A stretch of 64,000 bases of DNA. Origin: a virus. The stretch is taken from positions 1 to 64,000 of IMG/VR virus record IMGVR_UViG_3300025141_012665; one strand, 5' to 3'. Both the position numbers and the translations under genes were made by a program. Under the pieces are notes generated by a model, which saw nothing but the letters and a program-made list of their open reading frames with translations, searched no databases and was not told the DNA's origin. The number at the start of each line of letters is the position of its first letter. Within the stretch, counting starts at the first letter, position 1. Shown piece by piece: positions 55,154 to 63,092 of this stretch.

Positions 55154-56481
55154 TTATTTCTCCTAAAGAAATCGTCAACTACTTTTTTAACATAGTCAAG
55201 CTTCTCCTCTGTTAGGCCGGCAAAAGTACCTAGAAAGAAGGAATTCGAAGCCGATAAACTAGCTATTGGAAATGCCTTTTTTAGATCTCCATATTCCCCG
55301 GCCAAATGATGGTAAGCAGGGTGAGCAAGAATATTTCCTGAAAAATAAGAACGAGTCTGGATTCGATTATTCTCCAAATGCGACACAATGTCCTGACGGG
55401 TAAAGTAAGCAGACTCTTTAATTGTAAGTAAATATGCAAACCAGCACGGATCAGATTTTTCTGTTGGCTCCGGAAGGTGAAAGTGTTCCTTGTATGGTCT
55501 AAATATTTCTTGCAATATTTCAAAATTTCTTCGTCGGGCTGCATCCAGATCTGGAAGCTTGCATAATTGTTCTAACCCTATAGCCGCTTGTAATTCCAAA
55601 GGTTTAAGATTGTAGCCTATTTCATCGTAAACATAGCGGTGATCATAAATTGCATCTGGCAAGCCCGGCAGCCAGTTTCTAAACCTATTTCCGCACGCAG
55701 TGGAAGACACTGTGCATGTTGTTTTTGCCGAATTGCAATAACATGCTCGGCCCCAATCACGAATGCTGGATATGGCTTTTCGAGCCGCAGGGTCATCAGT
55801 TGCAACAAACCCACCTTCTCCCATAGTCATGTGGTGTGCGGGATAAAAGGAGCATGTCGAGATGTGCCCAAATGATCCAAGCTTCTTTCCATCATAATAA
55901 GAGCCGAGTGCGTCACAAGAGTCCTCGATAAAGATAAGGTCATATTCTCGCACAATAGACATTAATCTTTCCATGTCTGGCGGGTTCCCAAAAACATGAG
56001 CAAACATAATTCCTCGAATACTTGGATCCTTTTTTAGCTCTTCTTCTACTTGGTCTAAATCTAAATTTAAATCTGGGAGCGTAACATCAACGAAGACAGG
56101 CTCGAATCCATTTTGAATAATTGGATTGAGGGTGGTGGGAAAACACGACACGGGGGTGATTATTTTAGATCCCTCCGGAAAGTTAAATGCATTCTTAGAT
56201 CGTAGAGAGGAGACAGCAAGAAGGTTAGCAGAACTTCCAGAATTTGTTAAAGAGCCGCGTTTCTTTCCAAGATAAGATGGAAATGCCTTCTCAAATTCGC
56301 GGGCTTTGTCGCCGAACACTAGCCAACTATCCAACAAGGATTCAACTGCTGCACAATATTCGTTCTCGTCAAAGATATGTCCAGAGTATGAAACCCAGTC
56401 TTTGTCCGGATTCCAGGCAATATCATTCTTTTTTTTCGCATATTGCTTCACTAGCTTCAAAATATCTTGTAGCTCACTCAT
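55150..56481 (-). CDS. rfbH: NDP-4-keto-6-deoxyglucose 3-dehydrase (RfbH/DdhC, E1), PMP- and [2Fe-2S]-dependent
   Basis: NSGSSANL, FPTT, EDSCDALG, SFYPAHHMTMGEGG (His replaces the Schiff-base Lys), WGRACYC...CGNRF Cys cluster, YDHRY, GYNLK. Confidence 0.92.
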   Translation of the reverse strand: MSELQDILKLVKQYAKKKNDIAWNPDKDWVSYSGHIFDENEYCAAVESLLDSWLVFGDKAREFEKAFPSYLGKKRGSLTNSGSSANLLAVSSLRSKNAFNFPEGSKIITPVSCFPTTLNPIIQNGFEPVFVDVTLPDLNLDLDQVEEELKKDPSIRGIMFAHVFGNPPDMERLMSIVREYDLIFIEDSCDALGSYYDGKKLGSFGHISTCSFYPAHHMTMGEGGFVATDDPAARKAISSIRDWGRACYCNSAKTTCTVSSTACGNRFRNWLPGLPDAIYDHRYVYDEIGYNLKPLELQAAIGLEQLCKLPDLDAARRRNFEILQEIFRPYKEHFHLPEPTEKSDPCWFAYLLTIKESAYFTRQDIVSHLENNRIQTRSYFSGNILAHPAYHHLAGEYGDLKKAFPIASLSASNSFFLGTFAGLTEEKLDYVKKVVDDFFRRNK

Positions 56482-57424
56482 CTTTTAAATAATCCCACTC
56501 GTAGCTGTTTCTGTGTGCTGACCATGGTATATTGGTGTCCTTATACTTTTCTAGAATCTCTTCTCTTTTTTCCGGTATCACATAATCAGAATGCGCGTGA
56601 AATCCCCATTTTTCATGAAATAATTTATGCGCTTCTTCCGAAAATCTTAATTCAAGGCGCCGGCGAAAAGTATTCTTTGGATTCGGATGTGTCAAAATCA
56701 CCGAAGGAACCCAAATATTTATAAGATTATTTTTAAGGGATTCTAGTGCCCAATCTTCGTCGATGAGCATGGTATATGGCCCAAAATACGCACATTGGCC
56801 AATTTTCTTCATTGCTTCGGAGCTTACTACCATAAAATCCCATGGGCCATGGCACCTAACAGCGCGATCTGGAAAGTCCATTAGGTGTTTATTTTCGTTC
56901 GTTAATCGAGCGCCTTTGCTAAAATTGTGGCATTCATACACAAAGGGAAAATTTTTCATGTCGGAATGGAAGCCATTTCCAAAAGAATTTGGCATAGGGC
57001 CCTTGGGTAAGTTATAATAATTATTATTGGTGTACACTATCCAGCCAACTTCTTCTTCGCGACCCTCTATCTCCTCTAGTGTCTTACCAAAAAAATTAGG
57101 AGTGTGCATTATGATATCATCATGAGAAATGAGAACATACTTTGTTGTATCCCTATACCTTTCAAAAAACTCGTTGTAATCAGTTGCCCACGAATCTTTA
57201 GTGTATACCACTTCCAGCAACGAGCCATCCTTAATAAATTGCTTTAAATTTTGATCGCTAAATATTTGCTTTACAAAGGTCTCGATCTTTGGATCGTCAA
57301 CAACAATGTAAAACTTATAATCAAAATCTCCTATATTTTTTGCAATTGAATAAATTGTTTCAATTAGATTTGTCTTAAAAACATTAGGGCCGGCCGAGGC
57401 GATAAATACAGTGAGATCAGTCAT
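56474..57424 (-). CDS. Putative GT-A (family 2-like) glycosyltransferase
   Basis: N-terminal LTVFI strand, YVLISHDDI (DxD-like), DEDW acceptor motif, H and F.EKW tail. Confidence 0.65.
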   Translation of the reverse strand: MTDLTVFIASAGPNVFKTNLIETIYSIAKNIGDFDYKFYIVVDDPKIETFVKQIFSDQNLKQFIKDGSLLEVVYTKDSWATDYNEFFERYRDTTKYVLISHDDIIMHTPNFFGKTLEEIEGREEEVGWIVYTNNNYYNLPKGPMPNSFGNGFHSDMKNFPFVYECHNFSKGARLTNENKHLMDFPDRAVRCHGPWDFMVVSSEAMKKIGQCAYFGPYTMLIDEDWALESLKNNLINIWVPSVILTHPNPKNTFRRRLELRFSEEAHKLFHEKWGFHAHSDYVIPEKREEILEKYKDTNIPWSAHRNSYEWDYLKDE

Positions 57425-58406
57425 CCACTCCCTCTTTGTTCAGCTTTAGCATCCAACTATCGATCATGTCGTCCATTAAAGTTTCGAAGGTAAACTCAGG
57501 CTGCCATCCAAGAACTTCGCGGGTTCTGGTAGAATCTCCTTTCAAATATTTCAACTCTTCGGGCCTCATATATATCGGGTTCTGTGTTACATGATTTCTA
57601 TAGTCCATACCCAGTTTTTCAAAAACATATTTACATAAATCTCGTACCGAGTTGGTTTCCCCTGTGGCTACTATCCACTCATCAGGGGTTTTATGGTTTA
57701 TAATCATATGCATTGCTTTAACATAATCCCTGGAGTGTCCCCAGTCCCTATAGGAATCTAAATTTCCCAATTCAAGCTTGTCTCGTATGCCCATCTTGAT
57801 TTCAACTGCGGCTTTCACTACTTTGTTGGTTACAAAATTTGTGCCGCGGCGAGGTGATTCATGATTAAATAAAACACCATTGCAAGCATGTAAACTGTAG
57901 GCATGCCTGTAGTGTCTTACTAGATTGAAAGCCAAAAGTTTAGCACACCCATATGGGCTAACTGGCTTCATGGGCGTCGACAGTCGCTGGGCGCCGTCGT
58001 CGTCTACTGAGTTCCCGAACATTTCTGAGGAACTGGCTTGGTAGAATTTGGCTTTCGGCGCGAACAACCTATAAGCCTCAAGAAGATTCAACACCGCCAT
58101 GCCATTTGTCTGAATAGTGAACGCCGGCATATCGAAACTGATCCGGACATGGCTCATGGCGGCTAGATTATATATTTCATCTGGCTGTACATCTAGCATA
58201 ATTTTAGTCAATGAGGTATTGTCCAGCATATCACCATAGTATGTGTGAATTTTATCACCTAAGTGAGCTATTCTACTGTCTTGGTTCTCTGCTACAGAGG
58301 ACCTTCGTATGATCCCGTGAACTTCATATCCCTGCTCTAGCAAATATTCCGCCAAATAACTTCCATCTTGTCCGCTAATGCCGCTAATTAATGCTCTCTT
58401 TTTCAT
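57417..58406 (-). CDS. gmd: GDP-mannose 4,6-dehydratase (second copy)
   Basis: [52 protein letters not shown]. Confidence 0.96.
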   Translation of the reverse strand: MKKRALISGISGQDGSYLAEYLLEQGYEVHGIIRRSSVAENQDSRIAHLGDKIHTYYGDMLDNTSLTKIMLDVQPDEIYNLAAMSHVRISFDMPAFTIQTNGMAVLNLLEAYRLFAPKAKFYQASSSEMFGNSVDDDGAQRLSTPMKPVSPYGCAKLLAFNLVRHYRHAYSLHACNGVLFNHESPRRGTNFVTNKVVKAAVEIKMGIRDKLELGNLDSYRDWGHSRDYVKAMHMIINHKTPDEWIVATGETNSVRDLCKYVFEKLGMDYRNHVTQNPIYMRPEELKYLKGDSTRTREVLGWQPEFTFETLMDDMIDSWMLKLNKEGVDD

Positions 58407-58993
58407 TTAAAAATCTCCATCTGTGTTAAATCTGGCCAATCTGATATCACCCACTGCCTGGGGCTATTCTCGATTGCATCTCCAAGCTTTTGAAGGCCAA
58501 GCTGGGCTATCTCTGGCGTCATATAATAATGATACCCTATTGTATCGATATTTTGTCCTCTCCACGGCGCATCAGGCCGGCGACCATCATAGGACATTTT
58601 TTTTAAAAGCATTGCAGCCTCTTTGTTATCGGTAAGAATCATGCCGCCTCTGCCTAAGCTCAAATGCTTTCTGAATTGGAAACTCAAGCACATAAATGTG
58701 TCTGGTATATATGAATTCTTTCTCCACAATACCGCAGCATCTATAATATTTGTGCCCCCCAAATAATAAAAATCGGTCCAATCCTCATTGCGCCATTCTA
58801 AATCAATATTTAATTTATGCGCTAAAAAGGGTACCGATATATATGTGCGTTTCGGGACGCTGTACCGCTCTACTTGTTGAAGTCGCAGACACAACTCAAT
58901 AGCATGAGTGCAGCAATCCACAGCAACGGCATAGGGAGAGCCAAAAAAGCTAGCTACGCTGGCTTCAAACTTCTCTATTGCTTCAAAGCTCAT
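58403..58993 (-). CDS. Short DegT-family PLP-dependent aminotransferase-like protein
   Basis: FE...A.F.G.PYAVAVDCCTHAI, IIDAA, CLSFQFRKHL..GRGGMILTD, GYHYYM. Only 196 aa. Confidence 0.8.
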   Translation of the reverse strand: MSFEAIEKFEASVASFFGSPYAVAVDCCTHAIELCLRLQQVERYSVPKRTYISVPFLAHKLNIDLEWRNEDWTDFYYLGGTNIIDAAVLWRKNSYIPDTFMCLSFQFRKHLSLGRGGMILTDNKEAAMLLKKMSYDGRRPDAPWRGQNIDTIGYHYYMTPEIAQLGLQKLGDAIENSPRQWVISDWPDLTQMEIFK

Positions 58994-59526
58994 TTAACAC
59001 ACTCTACATTCAAACTGATAAGTGTTCCTTTTTCTTTATCCATGTGAGGAATATAAGCCTGTGAATGATCATCACAATGTGCATGATCTGTTTTGCGCCA
59101 GTCATATAGCCTTATATCACGAAAACCACACTGCGTCAGCAGAGTACTTAAGCTTTTATAGTCGTATGAGGTCTTGTGATATATTATTTTATCTTCCATC
59201 TTCATCTTCCCGTACAATGGACCTAGCAGGTTTTCCAGCTTTATAATCTTTTCGGTATATAATCTGGCCATGGATTCGAAGTCCGGCACTGCTACCCTTA
59301 GCGTGCCTCCCTTTTTTAAGACTCTGCGCCACTCTTCTAACACTCCTGTTATTTCTGTTCGATCAAAATATTCTATTACATGAGAAGAATAAATTAAATC
59401 AACAGTGTTATCAGCAAAATCTAACGCGGTTATGGATTTGTAATCCAAATGGTCATAGTCTCCGCCATCGATATGAACCCACGAAGGGCCAAAATTTCTC
59501 CAGCCGCATGCCATATTTATTTTCAC
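58990..59526 (-). CDS. SAM-dependent methyltransferase (type 11-like)
   Basis: INMACG, VDLIYSSHVIEY, EWRRVLKKGG.LRVAVPD. Confidence 0.85.
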   Translation of the reverse strand: MKINMACGWRNFGPSWVHIDGGDYDHLDYKSITALDFADNTVDLIYSSHVIEYFDRTEITGVLEEWRRVLKKGGTLRVAVPDFESMARLYTEKIIKLENLLGPLYGKMKMEDKIIYHKTSYDYKSLSTLLTQCGFRDIRLYDWRKTDHAHCDDHSQAYIPHMDKEKGTLISLNVECVK

Positions 59527-59542
59527 AATCCATATCCCATTC

Positions 59543-59956
59543 TTAAATTTCTTCCTTGTCTACATCGCGGCCATAATAGGGCCCAGTCTTATATTCATAC
59601 ACTGCTGTTCCTTCTTCCATAGAAAGATAGTTGTGACCACCCCTAAATGTAATAGAAATGTCGCCAGGGTTTAAAACCACTTCTTCTATTATTGCGTCAT
59701 CAATATCGTACAGTGTGGCTTTAATTTGGCCACTTATTACCGCCCACGATTCCTGACAAATGTCCGATGTTCTTATTTGGGTCTTATGTTTGTGCGGTAT
59801 GAATGTCTTTCCTTCCGGCATTTCGAAACACGCAACTTGCAAATACTGCTCTGGTGCGCAGATATCCACTCTTTTTTGCGTAATATCTTCTCTTCTGTTG
59901 ATTATATGTAACAACAAATCTTTATCAACTCTAGAATAAATTTCTCTCACCGGCAC
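59543..59956 (-). CDS. Cupin-fold protein (WbuC-like, sugar-cluster associated)
   Basis: PHKH, QESW, GGHNY, YEYKTGPY. Confidence 0.75.
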   Translation of the reverse strand: MPVREIYSRVDKDLLLHIINRREDITQKRVDICAPEQYLQVACFEMPEGKTFIPHKHKTQIRTSDICQESWAVISGQIKATLYDIDDAIIEEVVLNPGDISITFRGGHNYLSMEEGTAVYEYKTGPYYGRDVDKEEI

Positions 59957-60801
59957 TCCAGGTCTTTAATCATTTGTTCGATGCCCTTGTTTAGTCCATC
60001 AGTTTTTATGCCCAAACTAAGAAATCTTCGCGGGTCACCGCTATAAGACAGGGCTTTACTTCTTTCCTTTAATATAACACCATTCGAAGCGCCTGTCAAG
60101 TTTAAAATTAGATAAGCTATATCTGATAAGTTAACCTTATTCTTATAACAAAGATTTAGATCCTTATACAAACAGCGATCTGGATTCTTTATTAAGAAGT
60201 CGACTGTTTTTAGGACATCCCCAATCGAAATAAAGTCCATTTCCATATCTTTATGTATGAGGATCGGCAGACCCTCCATCAGCCTGTTAATAGAGTTCTT
60301 CACAAACCTAGATGACAGCTCATGAGGCCCGAAACAACCGAAAAGCCTTAAATTTATAATATTGTTATGTTTATTTATTTCTCTAGTAATTAAATTCTTA
60401 GACTGGCCATAATAATCAGACGGCCACCTATTGTAGATCTCGTCCTCTCTCATGTTTTCAATTTGTCTACTTCTATCAAATTCTGCTCCGGAACCAAAAT
60501 TTATCATCAACTTATATTGCCCTGAATGGCGGGAGAGGTTTCGGAACATTAACATATTATCAATAAAATCATCAAGCGTGTCCGGATTTTCTCGACGACC
60601 CCCCTTTACGGCCGTATGTAAAACAATATCGATATTATTGTTAAGAAAGAATTCTTCTACGGCTTTCTCGCTTGTAACATCTAATTGTTGTCTTCCAAGC
60701 GAATATACTTTATGTTCCCCGCCGGAATAATGTTCTTTAAAGTGCTTCCCCAAGAAGCCATTGGCGCCGGTGATCAAAATGTTCAAAGCTTTTGTTTCCA
60801 A
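59947..60801 (-). CDS. NAD-dependent sugar epimerase/reductase (extended SDR)
   Basis: TGANGFLG, GSGAEF, YGQSK, LRLFGCFG. Confidence 0.88.
   Translation of the reverse strand: METKALNILITGANGFLGKHFKEHYSGGEHKVYSLGRQQLDVTSEKAVEEFFLNNNIDIVLHTAVKGGRRENPDTLDDFIDNMLMFRNLSRHSGQYKLMINFGSGAEFDRSRQIENMREDEIYNRWPSDYYGQSKNLITREINKHNNIINLRLFGCFGPHELSSRFVKNSINRLMEGLPILIHKDMEMDFISIGDVLKTVDFLIKNPDRCLYKDLNLCYKNKVNLSDIAYLILNLTGASNGVILKERSKALSYSGDPRRFLSLGIKTDGLNKGIEQMIKDLECR
60071..60099 (-). promoter_or_regulatory. sigma70-type promoter TTGACA-17-TATATT with extended -10
   Basis: -35 at 60099-60094, -10 at 60076-60071, GTGT before -10. Inside the epimerase 3' end, upstream of the cupin gene. Confidence 0.68.
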
Positions 60802-61139
60802 CTAGAGACATTCAAGGCCTTATCATCTAGATATATGTCCGCCACAGGCTTTGGGCTTGGGCCGGACTTTTTTATAAATTCTGGGATGTTCTCGTTGATC
60901 GCATCGAATTCCAATCCTTTTTCTTTACACCAATTCACCGCATCAGTTAAACATGGATAATCTTTATTGTCTCCTCTGCAAGTATATAATATTAATTTAT
61001 GGCCATCTACTCTAAGCTCTTTAAGTCTATCCATTAATTCAATCTGATCTTCTGTTTGTTTTCCAATCCCTGGAAAAGCATATTCACACAGAGTACCATC
61101 GAAATCTACCGCGATAGTTAATCTCTTTTTATTCATCAC
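60783..61139 (-). CDS. Small HAD-superfamily hydrolase
   Basis: IAVDFDGTL, LYTCR, K..ADIYLDDK. Confidence 0.85.
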   Translation of the reverse strand: MMNKKRLTIAVDFDGTLCEYAFPGIGKQTEDQIELMDRLKELRVDGHKLILYTCRGDNKDYPCLTDAVNWCKEKGLEFDAINENIPEFIKKSGPSPKPVADIYLDDKALNVSSWKQKL

Positions 61140-62268
61140 TAAACTCTCTTATATTTATGTCTACTAATTCTTTTGCCGCCAAGTAGGCCAAGCGTATCTT
61201 TGTTTTATTGCTCCAAAAATCCAAGCTCTCTGTATGTTTTTCAACCACTTTTCTTGCGTATGTTCCCACGGCGACACCGTTGCAGCGCACTCCAGTCTTA
61301 TTTGCAAGTTCCTTAGTTAACTGATTCGTTCCACCTGATAAAATTATATACACATTTTTATTATGACCATGAGATCGATATTTCAATTTTCCTCTTTTAT
61401 CTCTTTTCATATTAAACCTTTTATTAACTACATCGGCACAGGCAACCGCCTGTAGGGTCGTATTTAGATCACCTTCCCCACCACTCATTGGATAGCCATC
61501 AGCCTGAATTGCGAACCGGTTGCCGGATATTTTTCTTACGCGTTCGATTCTCTTCTCTAGGTTCAGATTTCCTAAATTAAGTCGATCTAAGCACATGAAA
61601 TTCATATTATGTGGGTTAATTTCATTTATTAACGACCACTCCCTCATAGTAATATCATCATCCTGAACGCTAGCATGCAATTCAAACATCTCTGCGCCAG
61701 CAGCAAGACATTCTGGAAGCAACTCCCGAAGTTCGAACTCACTATTTCTGTAAGAAATGATATCACTTTTTGGACATATATTGCTGCATTTTCCGCACCC
61801 GATACATAGCTCCTTAGTCACTATCTCTTTAGACTGGTCTTGCAACTCGAAGGTGGCGCCAAGCTTCTTAAATGCTTCTAAATTATCTTTGATGTGAAAA
61901 TCATAAGGTATGGCATCAGTGGGGCACACAGGAGCACACAGGCCACAAGAAATACACTTAAAAGGATCTATATAAGATTTTCTAACATGGTGGTCGCCCG
62001 GCATGCCGAGACTAACCATTATATAAGGCCTCTCCTTCGGTGGGGCATCAAACTCCTCTAATAGCTCAAAAGCCCTATCTACCCCCTCTGTGGCTGCGGT
62101 GATGACATCCAAATTTGCCGACACATCCAATATTTTTGCGCCTGCTAGCGTATATACTAGCGCAAGACTACGAACCATAGACGCATCTTCGTTTCCGGCG
62201 CCACAGATCATTTTAAAGCACTTCTCTTCATTCAGTAAGCGCTGAATATCTTGTAGCCTGTCGCTCAA
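61129..62268 (-). CDS. ldpA: LdpA-family iron-sulfur protein (two 4Fe-4S motifs + LdpA C-terminal domain)
   Basis: FKMICGAG...LALVYTLAGA..LDVSA, MVS....D.H.RK, CISCGLCAPVCP and CIGCGKCSNICP, ELH, QADGYPMSG, LSGGTN, GVAVGTYAR. These are all recognisable LdpA blocks. Confidence 0.82.
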   Translation of the reverse strand: MSDRLQDIQRLLNEEKCFKMICGAGNEDASMVRSLALVYTLAGAKILDVSANLDVITAATEGVDRAFELLEEFDAPPKERPYIMVSLGMPGDHHVRKSYIDPFKCISCGLCAPVCPTDAIPYDFHIKDNLEAFKKLGATFELQDQSKEIVTKELCIGCGKCSNICPKSDIISYRNSEFELRELLPECLAAGAEMFELHASVQDDDITMREWSLINEINPHNMNFMCLDRLNLGNLNLEKRIERVRKISGNRFAIQADGYPMSGGEGDLNTTLQAVACADVVNKRFNMKRDKRGKLKYRSHGHNKNVYIILSGGTNQLTKELANKTGVRCNGVAVGTYARKVVEKHTESLDFWSNKTKIRLAYLAAKELVDINIREFSDE

Positions 62269-63089
62269 CCGATTCTACCTTTTAAAGTGTTCGCTCTCTC
62301 TAAATAGGAATTACCTACACTAGTATAATTCAGAGCCTTAAAGTTTAGCCAATCGATTTCGAAAGTCAGAACAGATTTAATGGTATTATGAAGGTCGCCA
62401 ATATTCGAATCATTTAACCCAACAACAACATTCCTTGTTTCGATCTTATCAAGAAGATTCTTGTCGTACAAATGTTTTATAAAATCAATACTGCTGGACG
62501 AAATATTCCCGCCCATGGTCGTCTTTAAATTTTTATTTTTAGCCCTCGTCAGAATATCCTCTACTATACGGCTTATTTTTTCGCTGTCGGCATGAGATTT
62601 GTCTAATCCATAAGATTTTGTCAAATCAGAACGGCCGACAATAATTCCGTCTAATTTCTCTGCGTGTACAGAATTTAAAATACTATCCAGATTATCATAT
62701 GAATTACGGCTCTCACACAGGAAATATAATTCAATATCTCCTATAAATGTTGTTGCATCAATAAACTTTCTCAAAGCAAAATCCGTCTCAATCATGGGCG
62801 CCACTATAGAGTTGATTCCCATGCTAACACAATTATTTATATCTGTAATTGCCTCGCAGCCACCAATTTTAATATACATCATCAATCCACACATTTCAGT
62901 TATTCTTCTCATTGTTATAACATCATCTAATATGGCGCCTTCGTCTTCAAAGGACTGCTTTATTCCAACAACATTGCTTTCCGTGCTGAGAATCGAAAGC
63001 TTATTGGCTAGTGCCTGTGCTGTTTGCTTCTCTAGATCGTCATAGTCGTACCTTTTTCCTTGCCACGCTCCTGTTATCTTCTTGTCCAT
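62265..63089 (-). CDS. HpcH/HpaI aldolase / citrate lyase-beta family protein
   Basis: KQSFEDEG, KIGGCEA..D, IVAPMIET, CES, IVGRSDL, MGGNI. Confidence 0.78.
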   Translation of the reverse strand: MDKKITGAWQGKRYDYDDLEKQTAQALANKLSILSTESNVVGIKQSFEDEGAILDDVITMRRITEMCGLMMYIKIGGCEAITDINNCVSMGINSIVAPMIETDFALRKFIDATTFIGDIELYFLCESRNSYDNLDSILNSVHAEKLDGIIVGRSDLTKSYGLDKSHADSEKISRIVEDILTRAKNKNLKTTMGGNISSSSIDFIKHLYDKNLLDKIETRNVVVGLNDSNIGDLHNTIKSVLTFEIDWLNFKALNYTSVGNSYLERANTLKGRIG

Positions 63090-63092
63090 TTT

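Noticed and set aside
56667-56695. TTGACA-17-TACTTT upstream of rfbH (and TTGACA at 43439-43444)
   Set aside because: The -10 matches are weak in AT-rich coding sequence and cannot be distinguished from chance.
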